A stretch of 64,000 nt of DNA from a virus (Duplodnaviria; Heunggongvirae; Uroviricota; Caudoviricetes): IMG/VR virus record IMGVR_UViG_3300028886_000053. The stretch is one strand, 5' to 3'. Below the pieces are notes generated by a model. That model worked only from the letters and a program-made list of their open reading frames with translations, had not been told where the DNA came from and searched no databases. Both the position numbers and the translations under genes were made by a program. This document shows, piece by piece, positions 18,005 to 27,504 of the stretch (position 1 is its first letter; each line of letters starts with the position of its first letter).

Positions 18005-18562
18005 TTACTCCTCACTATAACATTCAGCTTCTTGTTCTTTTTCAATAGGACCAAGAAGCTGACCTTTTAGTATCTGTATTGCGGCGGTGGCATCATCGTC
18101 GGTAAGACCTACATCATAGTCTGTTTTAACCCAATGCCGCATTATTTCGTCATATTCATAAAAATCATGCCATTCTTCGTCGTCTAGTATTACCCACGCT
18201 TTTGTTTCAGGATGAGTTTTTAACCAAAATTTGATTTCATATCCTCTTCCTTTATAAGAATTAGGGGTCTTATCACGTAAAACTAGCTTTCCTTTCTTAT
18301 AAAGATGTCTTATTAAATATTTTGCATGGTTAGCAAGACCAGCCTGTTCAAATAAAAGACCATTACTTTGGAACCAACCATTTTTCCAAGAAGAAGATAA
18401 TACTATATCGGCTCCAGTTGCCGCTACAATTGAAGCCAATCTTTTTACTTTATCTTTATCAATACCAGTAAAGACTTGTCCATCTTCTGTTGTTACATAA
18501 GATTTTGATGTTTCGCAGTTTAATACTCCATCTACATCTAAAAAGATTACGGTTTCAAACAT
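18005..18562 (-). CDS. HAD-superfamily phosphatase / nucleotidase
   Basis: ORF track, 185 aa. Motif I FLDVDGVL (DxDGx). Later VILDDEEW. Confidence 0.55.
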   Translation of the reverse strand: MFETVIFLDVDGVLNCETSKSYVTTEDGQVFTGIDKDKVKRLASIVAATGADIVLSSSWKNGWFQSNGLLFEQAGLANHAKYLIRHLYKKGKLVLRDKTPNSYKGRGYEIKFWLKTHPETKAWVILDDEEWHDFYEYDEIMRHWVKTDYDVGLTDDDATAAIQILKGQLLGPIEKEQEAECYSEE

Positions 18563-18578
18563 ACCGGCCGCCCTCCTT

Positions 18579-18791
18579 TTAAAGTTTCTTATAAAATAAG
18601 AATATTAATACTCCATAAAGAAGTGCCATTACTCCAGCTCCAATATAAACGGGAACGTGAAAAATGTGCTGAAAGACCACAATTCCGCCTATAAACGCGA
18701 AGATTTGGTTTATAAACGTCAACGTAATAGCCGCCCCCGCACTCACTTCTTTAGGTATTTTTATTTTCTTTTCTGCTTCATAATCAATCAT
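18579..18791 (-). CDS. small two-TM membrane protein
   Basis: ORF track, 70 aa with two hydrophobic helices. Confidence 0.4.
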   Translation of the reverse strand: MIDYEAEKKIKIPKEVSAGAAITLTFINQIFAFIGGIVVFQHIFHVPVYIGAGVMALLYGVLIFLFYKKL

Positions 18792-19176
18792 TTTAATAAA
18801 ATTTCTCCTAATATAAAAAATTTGATGATTTCTTAACTTTTGTTTTTAAATGCGTGTTCTCAAAGCGTCTTTGCGTTTTTATTAATTTTTATTCAAAAAT
18901 TTTATTCCATGCAGAAACCGCTTCATCTACTGTTTTAAAAGTATCATTCAATTGTGAATTGAAAAAAATACAATTTTTACTATGGTTTCCGCGAATACCG
19001 AATCTGATAAAAGTACTGGTATCAGTATTTAAATTTACATAAGGTCCCATACCATGTGAATATGTAAACATTTTACATCCACAAGAGCAATCATGTAAGT
19101 TTGTGTTCTTCATATTTTTCTCTCCTTTTTCAACTTTGTTAATAATATTATAATAAAAATTTTTTAAGAAATCAAG

Positions 19177-19205
19177 TTGACAATTATAAATATTTTTGTT
19201 ATAAT
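19177..19205 (+). promoter_or_regulatory. promoter (TTGACA-N17-TATAAT) for the plus-strand island 19240-22100
   Basis: Exact consensus hexamers. SD GGAAGGAG and ATG 19240 lie downstream. Confidence 0.6.
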
Positions 19206-19239
19206 TATAATATAAAAATAATGGAAGGAGAGCGGTAAA

Positions 19240-19479
19240 ATGACGGTTATATGCGATATAATGTCTTGTCCATATAGAAGTACAAATGGCTTTTGTAGAA
19301 GAAGAGTTCTTTCTATTTTAAATGGGGGATGCGAATATTTACAAAAGGGAATGAGGAAAGAAGAGCCATTGTATTTTGATGGTTATAAGAAAAGTTATAT
19401 GGAACAAGAGAGAGAAGAAGCAGTTGAAAAATTTGTAGGTATTCTTTCTTTAGTTGCTGAACAAAAGGAAGGTAAGTAA
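19240..19479 (+). CDS. hypothetical Cys-rich protein
   Basis: ORF track, 79 aa. No TAG. Confidence 0.5.
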   Translation: MTVICDIMSCPYRSTNGFCRRRVLSILNGGCEYLQKGMRKEEPLYFDGYKKSYMEQEREEAVEKFVGILSLVAEQKEGK

Positions 19480-19482
19480 AGA

Positions 19483-19917
19483 TGGCGGCAGTCGCTTTAA
19501 TAATGATTACAATCTGGATTCTATATGCATATAGACCAACGTCCGCATTAACTATGATTAATTCAAATTTAGATTAGAAAACAATTGATTTGGCTGGTTC
19601 AATGGATGAAGTTGGAACAGAATGTGCAGTTATTTTAAGATAGATTCTTCAACAAAATCAACAAAGTTGGGGGAATCTTGGAGCGCAAGGTGTTTTAGTT
19701 AATATATTTATGTTAGCTTTGACTGGTCAAACAGATGATTTGCATATGCAAATTAATTGGAAACAAAAATAGGATATGTTTAAGAATAAAAAGACCAGTG
19801 AAGAATAGTCTGCTCTTGTTATGGAACAAATGACAAAGGCTATGAAAGATGGATTTTTTGTAGATTAGGATGGAAATTAGGTAGAAGTACAACATTTAGA
19901 AGAAAGTGAGTCTTAAC
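19483..19917 (+). CDS. membrane protein, TAG-recoded (7 in-frame TAG), ends TAA
   Basis: Plus frame MAAVALIMITIWILYAYRP... runs uninterrupted by TAA/TGA through 7 TAG codons to TAA at about 19915. Confidence 0.5.
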
Positions 19918-19958
19918 TATGGGACGGGGGACTCCCCCGTACCCCCTCGGGATGCTAG

Positions 19959-20483
19959 TTGGTTCGCTTCGCTCACCAAAGCATCCCACAACAACTCCTC
20001 TCTAATAGAAAGAAGGTTGATAGAAGAATGGTTAAAATAGGAGTAACTGGTCATAGACCAAAAAGATTAGCAAAGATGACAGAAATAAATAAGGTTACAG
20101 ATTGGTTAGATTTACAGTTTTATGAACATGCTGGAGATGATTTCATATTAATTAATGGAATGGCTCAAGGTGTAGATCAGATTGCCGCACATGAAGCTCT
20201 TTTGTTTGGGGGTAGGATTTGGTGTTATTATCCATATAAGCGGAAGATGCATGAAATTGAAGATTATCTAAACACAAAAGCAGATAAGATTAGATATGAA
20301 TATGAAAAGTATGTGCCTCAATGTTACATAGACCGCGACCGCCGCATTGTTGATGACTGTGATATATTATTTGCGGTTTGGGATGGTGAGAAAAATGGGG
20401 GTACCTGGCAGACAATTGAGTATGCTAGAAAAATTGGTAGACCTATTGTTTATTTTGGTGGGAATCCTGAGGAGAAGGTATGA
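19959..20483 (+). CDS. SLOG-family (YpsA/DprA/LOG-like Rossmann) nucleotide-binding protein. True start probably near 20029.
   Basis: ORF track, 174 aa. Motifs IGVTGHRP, NGMAQGVDQ and ILFAVWDGE..GGT. The first about 23 codons translate a GC-rich hairpin region and are probably not coding. Confidence 0.5.
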   Translation: MVRFAHQSIPQQLLSNRKKVDRRMVKIGVTGHRPKRLAKMTEINKVTDWLDLQFYEHAGDDFILINGMAQGVDQIAAHEALLFGGRIWCYYPYKRKMHEIEDYLNTKADKIRYEYEKYVPQCYIDRDRRIVDDCDILFAVWDGEKNGGTWQTIEYARKIGRPIVYFGGNPEEKV

Positions 20484-20671
20484 TTATTGTAGATAAAAAT
20501 AAGATTACTTTAACAAGAGAAGATAAAGAAATGGATGAGAGAGTAGAGGCGGCGGTTGGTGTTGCAATTTATAAAGCTAGAGTTATGAAGAAGCCCTTGG
20601 CTTTATGGGACAGTGAAGCGGCTGCCGCATATTTGTTGTATGATGATGGAAGAAAGGAATATGTTATTTAA
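20480..20671 (+). CDS. hypothetical protein (ATGA stop/start overlap with the SLOG gene)
   Basis: ORF track, 63 aa. Confidence 0.4.
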   Translation: MIIVDKNKITLTREDKEMDERVEAAVGVAIYKARVMKKPLALWDSEAAAAYLLYDDGRKEYVI

Positions 20672-20829
20672 ATGGGGGTAGGATGAGTTTATTTCTACTT
20701 TTGTGCGGGAGCTGGTTGATATTTTTTATGGGGGCTAGGGTAAATGAGGTTTGAATCGGACTCCCGCACAGGGGAACCTTTTTGCATTTTTTGGCTGAGA
20801 TTTGAAAGCAATTTTTATTAAGTAGATAA

Positions 20830-20935
20830 AGTTCCACATTTTTGTTATTCTCCTATATATATATAGAGATTAATAAAAATATGGAACTTTATTTAAAAGC
20901 AAAAAATGGAAAAGTAGGACAAAGTTCCATAAAAA
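20830..20935. repeat. three copies of AAAGTTCCA(C/T)A arranged as inverted and direct repeats (operator-like) upstream of recoded gene 20999
   Basis: aaagttccacattttt...aaaaatatggaacttt flank a TATATATATA palindrome. A third copy is ggacaaagttccata. Confidence 0.4.
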
Positions 20936-20998
20936 ATTTGATTTTATTTTTATAAAGAGTATAGAGAAAAATATTTTTTATAAAGGAGAAATTTTATT

Positions 20999-21720
20999 AT
21001 GTTTTAGTTAAAAGAAAATACTCTTTATACTAATAAAGAGTTAGCGGAATGGTTTGGAATGAAGCAAAAAAGTTTTTCAAATCAAAAAGAAAAAAAATTA
21101 GAATAGTTAAAAGCTTTTGCTGATTATGAATTGCAAGGTAATGTACAGAAGAAGGTATTTATAAAGAAAGTACATGAACCAGTTTATAATAAAAAAGGTA
21201 GTGAAAGTTATTAGATAATTAAAGCTAACTTAGAAAAATATTGGAGTTAGAATGGAAAAGGACTTGATACTTGCAAGAGGGTAGCAGGAGAAATGTATAG
21301 AGATAATTTAGTAACTTCTATAACAATAGGGACAACAGAAAATTATACCAATAGGAGTAAAAGAGAAAAATATGGAATTAATTATGTTTCTGAAGGAACT
21401 GTTGGGACAAGTGTTTATTCTTGGGGAAAATATGTTCAAGATGGAGATGATGTGAAATTAGTTCCATTAACTTAGGAAGAGATTGAAATTAAAAATAAAT
21501 TAATTAAGAAATATTTTGGTAATACTACTGATAAACAAATTTTTGTTCAGGGTATGGTTGATAATGGTTAGATTACTAAGGAACAGGCTTGGGAAGTATT
21601 AGAAGAGTTGACTAATATGAAAGAAAAGTTTAAGGCTTTTAAAGCGGACTTTGAAGTTGCTATTAATAGTCCTGTTGGAAGAGGAACTTATTTAATAGAA
21701 AAGGAGGCGAGTGCGTTTTG
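20999..21720 (+). CDS. hypothetical protein, TAG-recoded (7 in-frame TAG), ends TGA
   Basis: One frame from ATG 20999 to TGA 21718-21720. The second codon is TAG. The standard-code fragment 21293..21475 is internal. Confidence 0.5.
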
Positions 21721-22080
21721 AAAAGGTTAGAATCTTTAGCTTAGTTTAATTTGATGATGCATTATTATGATAGATTTAAATCAGATGTATTTGATTATAC
21801 TACTTGTCATACTTGTGCGGCATTGTTACATTGGATGGAGAAGAGAGCGGAATTTGATTAGGTGAATTTTGAACCTGGAAAAAGGTGTGGAAATTTAGAG
21901 GAAAAATGGGGTAAGGATAGAGTAGAAAAATTGATTTAGGAAAGTAAAATGGAAAGTAAAAGGATGCGACATAAGAAGTATACGATTGATAGATGTTGGA
22001 AATTGATGCTTAAAGATTTATGGATTGAAGATTAGAAATGAAGAAAATTATAAAAATTGGAAAAATTGGGGATGTGTGGT
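21717..22080 (+). CDS. hypothetical protein, TAG-recoded (boundaries uncertain)
   Basis: Frame continues LKRLESLA*FNLMMHYYDRFKSD... with several TAGs. It ends before the GC hairpin at about 22081. Confidence 0.3.
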
Positions 22081-22204
22081 GGGCGCAGCCCCACCTGGTC
22101 CTATATCACACTTACCTTAGTTTGAGCAAGTTTTTACTTGCTTAATTTTTTTCGGCGCCGTCATAAAAACCCTGTTTTTTTAATTATACCATATTTTTTT
22201 AAAA

Positions 22205-22440
22205 ATGTCAAATGCCCGCTGCCGATTCAAACCCTGCTGCCATATATCTGATCCCTCGATGCGGCAGCGGGTTGCATATGCCCTCGGTCTGGACCCGAGG
22301 GCCCTATGGGGGCTAAGGCCTGCTGCCTTAGCCACGATTCAACGCGTTAAACTTCTACACTTCAACGCGCTAAAGTCTGCGGACGCGGCGGGACCACTTT
22401 AGCGAAGTAACGCGTTACCGCGTTAAAGCGAAGTGCGTCC
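22205..22440 (-). ncRNA. GC-rich highly structured RNA of unknown identity, with a minus-strand promoter at about 22455-22490
   Basis: About 240 nt of more than 60 percent GC in an AT-rich context. It contains the palindrome GTAACGCGTTAC, a 9-bp stem CGCTAAAGT/ACTTTAGCG, and GCCCTCGG-TCTGGAC-CCGAGGGC. ORF 22205..22402 is compositional. Confidence 0.35.
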
Positions 22441-22544
22441 CCCTATTATTATATCACACTAGAGCAATGCGGTCAATCGGCAATTTGCACAATAATTTCG
22501 GGATTAGGTGGAAAAAATTTGTATATTTTTTTATGAAAAAAAAT

Positions 22545-22650
22545 TTGACATTGCGTGGGTTTTGTGGTAAAATCGGAGCGGGTCTGCGACCGCGCTCCGT
22601 CGCAGATGCCCCAACCCTTTATTATACCACAACCGGCGGCCGCCTGTCAA
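22545..22650. promoter_or_regulatory. face-to-face pair of extended -10 promoters flanking one GC hairpin
   Basis: Plus strand: TTGACA 22545, N17, TAAAAT 22568. Minus strand: TTGACA (rc at 22645-50), N18, TATAAT (rc at 22621-26). Both carry TG(G) extended -10. Hairpin CGGAGCGGGTCTGCGACCGCGCTCCG at 22574-22599 lies between them. Confidence 0.55.
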
Positions 22651-22834
22651 GTGCTTTTAACTGAAATTCTTCACTAAAATTTTCAGAATATTTTTTTACT
22701 AACTGATTATTACTAATTCTGTCAAAAAGCCATTCATCAAAAGATTTAGAATTAATAATTTTATCGGGAACATCAAAAACTCCTTCAATATTATAACTAC
22801 CTTCAATATATACTTTTGCCATTTTTATTCCTCC

Positions 22835-23026
22835 TTAAATAAATCTTCTTCCAGGATTAAGTATAATAAAACATTCCTCAAAATCCACTTCTTTTTCTTT
22901 TAATGTTTCATGATAGTCATACCAACTATCTGAACATTCATAATTGATTACGATTTGAGCGTTTTCGTATCCCAAATCAACTGCTAATTTGTAGAGTTCT
23001 TTAATTGTCATATTATTCTTCCTCAT
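22835..23026 (-). CDS. hypothetical protein
   Basis: ORF track, 63 aa. Confidence 0.4.
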   Translation of the reverse strand: MRKNNMTIKELYKLAVDLGYENAQIVINYECSDSWYDYHETLKEKEVDFEECFIILNPGRRFI

Positions 23027-23454
23027 TATCTAATCCATCAAACATTTCATCAAAGAGTGCGCAATCATCACATTCCTCTTTAGGATGTACACCTTCTTCC
23101 TCTTTCATGGAGCAAGTACCATCTTTTTTCCAATAAGGACAATCCCAACCATTTACAGGGCAATAGATTTTTTTCATTTGTTTAACTCCTTTTTATAAGG
23201 TATAATATCAAGAATCTCTGCACCCGAAAAATGGTCTGCAATAGTTGCATCTGCATTTTTTTCTGCTTCTTTTCTATTCTCTCCATAAACTGAAAAGCAA
23301 TCGAAAGAGTTATCAACCTTTAAAATAACAACTGCCCATTTCTTCATTTTATTTTACTTCCTTTCTGTTGATAATGTTATTATATCAAATTATAGGAAAA
23401 TAACAATAGTCAGATTAAACAAAAAACGCATTTAAAATTTGTGCAACATATATA

Positions 23455-23495
23455 TTGACATGCGAAGTGGCGCGTGGAGGGCGACCACGCGCCAC
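23455..23495 (+). promoter_or_regulatory. class-B cassette variant: TTGACA then directly the GC hairpin GTGGCGCGTGG...CCACGCGCCAC, preceded by a conserved 60-bp block
   Basis: Upstream block acaatagtcagattaaacaaaaaacgcatttaaaatttgtgcaacat is nearly identical to 27340-27397. There is no -10 hexamer. Confidence 0.4.
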
Positions 23496-23502
23496 CCAAT
23501 TC

Positions 23503-23805
23503 TTACTCCCAAGTTCTCACTCCGAGCAGAACCAAAACACTACAGATAGAAGCAAAAGCAAAAACTCCCATGTCCTCAGGAATTGCTTCCCATACTTCAG
23601 GATAGAGGTTGCGGACGCCGCTGAGAAGCATACCACCCCAGTTACCACCACATGCAGTACAGAACTTCAGCCATGTTTTCATGTCGCCATCAAATTTTCT
23701 TGCCTTGAAAGCGAGAGCAATAACTTCTTTACCCTGGTCACCCCAGTTTTCAACCAAAGTCCGCTGTGCTTCTTCAATAGTATTGTAGAGTTCAATATTT
23801 GTCAT
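23503..23805 (-). CDS. hypothetical protein
   Basis: ORF track, 100 aa. Confidence 0.45.
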   Translation of the reverse strand: MTNIELYNTIEEAQRTLVENWGDQGKEVIALAFKARKFDGDMKTWLKFCTACGGNWGGMLLSGVRNLYPEVWEAIPEDMGVFAFASICSVLVLLGVRTWE

Positions 23806-23818
23806 TTAAATCACCCCC

Positions 23819-24073
23819 TTAAGAAAAATCAAACTGCTCTACTGCACTGATATAAATAGTATCGTAATAGTCTTCACTCTCATTCTCATATTCAATAGAA
23901 ACGTATACCCCTGCTTTACAGAGAGCGACGAAGGCTTCTTTAAAATTCTGAATTGCCTTTACTTTTCTCTCATTATCTCTTACTTTCATGATACCATCCG
24001 CAGATTTCTGAATAGACGCAATCTGTGCATCAGTCATAGTTTCCATAGCCTTGATAATTTCTGTAAAATCCAT
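23819..24073 (-). CDS. hypothetical protein
   Basis: ORF track, 84 aa. Confidence 0.45.
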   Translation of the reverse strand: MDFTEIIKAMETMTDAQIASIQKSADGIMKVRDNERKVKAIQNFKEAFVALCKAGVYVSIEYENESEDYYDTIYISAVEQFDFS

Positions 24074-24315
24074 TTTGTTTTCTCCTTTTCTTTTGATAAT
24101 ATTATTATATCAGATAGTGATTAGAATGTCAAGTCAAATTCTGCATCTAACCACAAATCTACACAATATAATACTTCAATAGTAACTCTATCCTCGTCAC
24201 CATCTTCCATAGTTTCTGCTACCCATTTCCAATCTTCAAAAAATTTTTCTTTAAGATTAGGATAAAGGAAACATGCTTTATAGATACGGTTCAAAATTTC
24301 TTCTCTACTTTTCAT

Positions 24316-24612
24316 TTAAATCACCTCTACTTTCGGTCCTTTTCCTTTTTCTCTTGCAATATCTTCAAACTTCTGCCATGCCCAATACCAATATTCTTCA
24401 ATTTCTTCATAAGTAGCAATTTCGATTCTCTGAGCAAACATAATTACTCCAAAAGCAATTGCTCTACAATTCATTACTTCTTGTCTAGTATTTGCCCACA
24501 TTTCTGCATCTTCAAGACGGTCATCGACAAATTTTTTTACATCTTCAAAATCAAAATCTCTCATTTTTATCTCCTTTTTTATTTTTTTCCTTTCCTTACC
24601 TTGTAAATACAT
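24316..24612 (-). CDS. hypothetical protein
   Basis: ORF track, 98 aa. Confidence 0.45.
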   Translation of the reverse strand: MYLQGKERKKIKKEIKMRDFDFEDVKKFVDDRLEDAEMWANTRQEVMNCRAIAFGVIMFAQRIEIATYEEIEEYWYWAWQKFEDIAREKGKGPKVEVI

Positions 24613-24685
24613 TATAACAAATAAGATTTAGTTTGTAAAGTATAAAAAATGGGATAAAATAAATAAAATTTTGTGTAGATTTTCT

Positions 24686-24781
24686 ATTGACAAAAAGTGC
24701 GGTCGTGTGTTATAATTAAAATTTCGGCGCGGTTTGCCAGGAGCGCGCCGACCAAAAAGAGGTGGGTATTCATACCCACCT
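24686..24781 (+). promoter_or_regulatory. class-B promoter cassette: TTGACA-N18-(GTGTG)TTATAAT, then 9 nt, then two GC hairpins. It faces the 3' end of gene 24803..25147.
   Basis: TTGACA at 24686-91, TATAAT at 24710-15. Hairpin 1 is GGCGCGGTTTGCCAGGAGCGCGCC. Hairpin 2 is GAGGTGGGTATTCATACCCACCTC. On the minus strand hairpin 2 is followed by TTTTTGG, which makes it the terminator of that gene. Confidence 0.55.
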
Positions 24782-24802
24782 CTGCGACATTTTGGGGAGA
24801 GG

Positions 24803-25147
24803 TCAGGCGAGGACGAACCTCGTGACCTTGCCCTCCTTGACCTTGGCAACTACCTCAGCCTTGACCATCTGAGACAGAATGGCGGAAGCCTTCTGACAGG
24901 AGATGGCGAGAGCGGAGCCAATCTCAGTTGCGGTCATGCCATCGACCTCCTCGGTCAGCATGTCAACAATCTTGACCTTAAACTCCTCATTCTCACGCTG
25001 GGTCTTGGTGGGCTTCTTCAGCGCACCGCCAGAGTTGCGCTTTGCCAACTGCGCCTTGAGAGCGTTCAGACGCTCAATAGCCTCATCATTGAGGTTGCCC
25101 TCGATTGCAAGATTAATAGCCTCTGCGTAAGTCATAGCCTTTGCCAT
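24803..25147 (-). CDS. winged-helix DNA-binding protein, paralog 1 of 3 (GC-rich gene)
   Basis: ORF track, 114 aa. Shares MTYAxAIxxAIxGN..E.LExLxALK.QLxKRxSG..LTKTQ....DGMTATEVG...V.CQKASA.L.....V.K.KVGK.VRF with 25944..26288 and 27551..27901. Confidence 0.6.
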   Translation of the reverse strand: MAKAMTYAEAINLAIEGNLNDEAIERLNALKAQLAKRNSGGALKKPTKTQRENEEFKVKIVDMLTEEVDGMTATEIGSALAISCQKASAILSQMVKAEVVAKVKEGKVTRFVLA

Positions 25148-25844
25148 AATTCAACACCTCTTTCTTTAAAATGTTTTTTGTTTTCTTTTGTTATATTTAT
25201 TATACTATATTTAATTTTTATTGTCAAGTATTTTTTTATTTTTCTAAGTTACTTTTTTGTGGGTATTTATGTTCTAGCACGCCCACAGGATGAAATGGTG
25301 TGCGCACACCTTAAAACCTATCGTGCTTTTCTACTCATTCCCATACACTTAGTGTCCTTTCTTTTCCTTACCTTCTATAATTATTATATCAAAGGATTTT
25401 TATTTTGTCAAGAAGTTTTTTTATTTTCCCGAAGGAAGTAAGATTCTAAAAATAAGAACCAGTATCCAAAATGCCGTAGCCATCTTCCATGAAAAGGCAA
25501 CTACAAAAGAACCGATGGTAAAAATACCAATCCAGTGGAGTATTCCACAAGCAATAGCAAGAAGTCCTGCGGTAATAAGATAGTCAAGAATAAATGCTAA
25601 AATAATCATTTGTTACTCCTTTCTTAATTTCTATAATTATTATATCAAATGTTATTTTATTTGTCAAGAGGTTTTGAAATTTTTTCAAAATCCGTTTCGT
25701 TACCGAGTATCCACAGAAAAGAGAGCCTCTTTGAGGACTTTTTATCTCTTTCCTCTTGACAATTATAATTATAGCAAATATTTTTTTATTTGTAAAGTAC
25801 AAAAAACGGGTAAAAATTTAATTATTTTTGTGTAAAATTACCAT

Positions 25845-25908
25845 TGACAAAAAGTGCTTGGGTGTGATATAATTGAATTTTCGGCGCGAGACAAAGGCTC
25901 GCGCCCCG
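25845..25908 (+). promoter_or_regulatory. class-B promoter cassette (TTGACA-N17-TGATATAAT plus GC hairpin CGGCGCGAG...CTCGCGCCCCG)
   Basis: TTGACA at 25845-50, TATAAT at 25868-73, hairpin at 25882-25908. It lies immediately 3' of gene 25944..26288. Confidence 0.5.
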
Positions 25909-25943
25909 AGCATTTCTACTCAGGGCGTTTGCTTTGACAAGGG

Positions 25944-26288
25944 TCAGGCGAGGAAGAACCTCACCTGCTTACCCACCTTGTCCTTGCGGACACGCTCGTC
26001 AGCGACAAGCTTCTTGAGGAGTGCGCTTGCACGCTGGCAAGTCACATCCACCGCATCGCCGACCTCGGTGGCGGTCATGCCATCCTCGGCATCCACAAGC
26101 ACCTCGACGATGCGCTCCATCAGTTCCAGACCCTCTTTCTGAGTCTTGGTAAGACCATGCTTACCGCTACCTCTCTTGGCAAGCTGAACCTTGAGAGCCT
26201 CAAGCTTCTCAATAACCTCAGCATCAACATCGCCTGCGATGGCACGGTCAATAGCAACTGCATAAGTAAGTTTCTCCATACTTAACAC
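25944..26288 (-). CDS. winged-helix DNA-binding protein, paralog 2 of 3
   Basis: ORF track, 114 aa. Confidence 0.6.
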   Translation of the reverse strand: MLSMEKLTYAVAIDRAIAGDVDAEVIEKLEALKVQLAKRGSGKHGLTKTQKEGLELMERIVEVLVDAEDGMTATEVGDAVDVTCQRASALLKKLVADERVRKDKVGKQVRFFLA

Positions 26289-26682
26289 CTCTTTCTTAAA
26301 AATGATTTTTTTGTTTTCCTTATCTTTAAGTATATTATACTATAAGATTTTTAAATTGTCAATATGAAATTTTTATTTTTTTAATTGTTAAAAGGTTGTC
26401 ATCCTTGTCTATCGGAAACATTAGGGCGCCTACTAAATTCCTACCTCATGGCAACCCTTTAACAATTATTATTATAACAGATTGATAGTTACAAGTCAAG
26501 CCTTTTTTTCAAGATTTACATGCGCATGGTTATCTAAATTGGGGATGTGCTAACCGCCTTGACATTCGGCTTTCTTCCCTTACCTTGTAAATATATTATA
26601 TAAAATTTTTTTTAATTTTGCAAGAGGTAATAATAACTAAAATTATGGGAACATAGGGATGAAAATTTGTGTAGTTTTTTAC

Positions 26683-26746
26683 TTGACAAAAAGTGCGGCG
26701 GGTGGTATAATAGTGAATTTCGGCGCGAGGCGAGGCTCGCGCCCCG
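26683..26746 (+). promoter_or_regulatory. class-B promoter cassette
   Basis: TTGACA at 26683-88, GGTGGTATAAT at 26706-11, hairpin CGGCGCGAGGCGAGGCTCGCGCCCCG at 26720-46. It ends 4 nt past the stop of gene 26752..26964. Confidence 0.5.
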
Positions 26747-26751
26747 CAGAA

Positions 26752-26964
26752 TTACTTCCACAAGTCTGTGTAATCATGGTCTTTAAACCATTTGTCACAG
26801 AAATTAAAAGGGAAATAAACAATAATGATGCAAATCCCAATTTCAAGAAGGATAGGAGAGCAAACTGCCCACCAGGACCAATTAATTAGACCAGTAAGTT
26901 TTAAAACGATAAAAATAATCCACAACAGTTCAAAAATACCCATTTTTATTCTCCTTTTACCCAT
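26752..26964 (-). CDS. small membrane protein
   Basis: ORF track, 70 aa, hydrophobic. Confidence 0.4.
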   Translation of the reverse strand: MGKRRIKMGIFELLWIIFIVLKLTGLINWSWWAVCSPILLEIGICIIIVYFPFNFCDKWFKDHDYTDLWK

Positions 26965-27290
26965 TTTATGAATTTAGCCTTTTCATATTCTTTTTTAGTA
27001 GATTCATTTACATGAAGATGAAAACTAACAATCTCTCTGCCAGCCACATTTTCAAGTTCCTCTTTGGCTTCTTTTATTCCCCCCTCTAAAACAAGATAAA
27101 CAAAAACTGGAGGAGTGAGCAAGGGGCGAATGATGTAGTAAGCAGGCTTTTTTAAATAAACAGTAAGATTATAACCATATCCACCATCTACTTCTTCAAG
27201 CACTCCCTCGGTCATCCAGTCTAACAACCAGTCAAACTTTTTCTTTTTTAATCCTAAGATGTAATTAATCTCTCCATGTGTAAGTTTCAT
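26946..27290 (-). CDS. hypothetical protein
   Basis: ORF track, 114 aa. Confidence 0.45.
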   Translation of the reverse strand: MKLTHGEINYILGLKKKKFDWLLDWMTEGVLEEVDGGYGYNLTVYLKKPAYYIIRPLLTPPVFVYLVLEGGIKEAKEELENVAGREIVSFHLHVNESTKKEYEKAKFIKWVKGE

Positions 27291-27397
27291 TTTGTTTTCT
27301 CCTTTTCTTTTGATAATTCTATTATACTTAATTATAGGAATAATACAATAGTCAAAATAAACAAAAATCGCATCAAAAATTTATGCAACATTCCAGT

Positions 27398-27463
27398 ATT
27401 GACAAAAAATGGCGCGGGGCGGTGTCCGCGCGCCACAAAACAAAAAGCACCCCCGAAGGGGTG
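27398..27463 (+). promoter_or_regulatory. class-B cassette variant (TTGACA plus hairpin GGCGCGGGGCGGTGTCCGCGCGCC plus second hairpin GCACCCCCGAAGGGGTGC)
   Basis: Paralogous to 23455..23495, including the 60-bp upstream block. Confidence 0.4.
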
Positions 27464-27504
27464 CCCGCACAAGAAAGGAGGAAACCAAATATTGAAAATT
27501 GATA

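Noticed and set aside
22205-22402. 65-aa ORF MSNARCRFKPCCH...
   Set aside because: It lies entirely inside the GC-rich structured-RNA island. Reading frames there are open by composition. There is no SD or start context.
24734-25441. 235-aa plus-strand ORF downstream of a class-B promoter. Similar antisense ORFs exist at 28817..29260, 31078..31611, 33041..33391 and 34061..34669.
   Set aside because: All are antisense to well-supported minus-strand genes and span promoter/hairpin DNA. The peptides are low-complexity with no motifs. They are unlikely to be real proteins, although the class-B promoters do make antisense transcription plausible.
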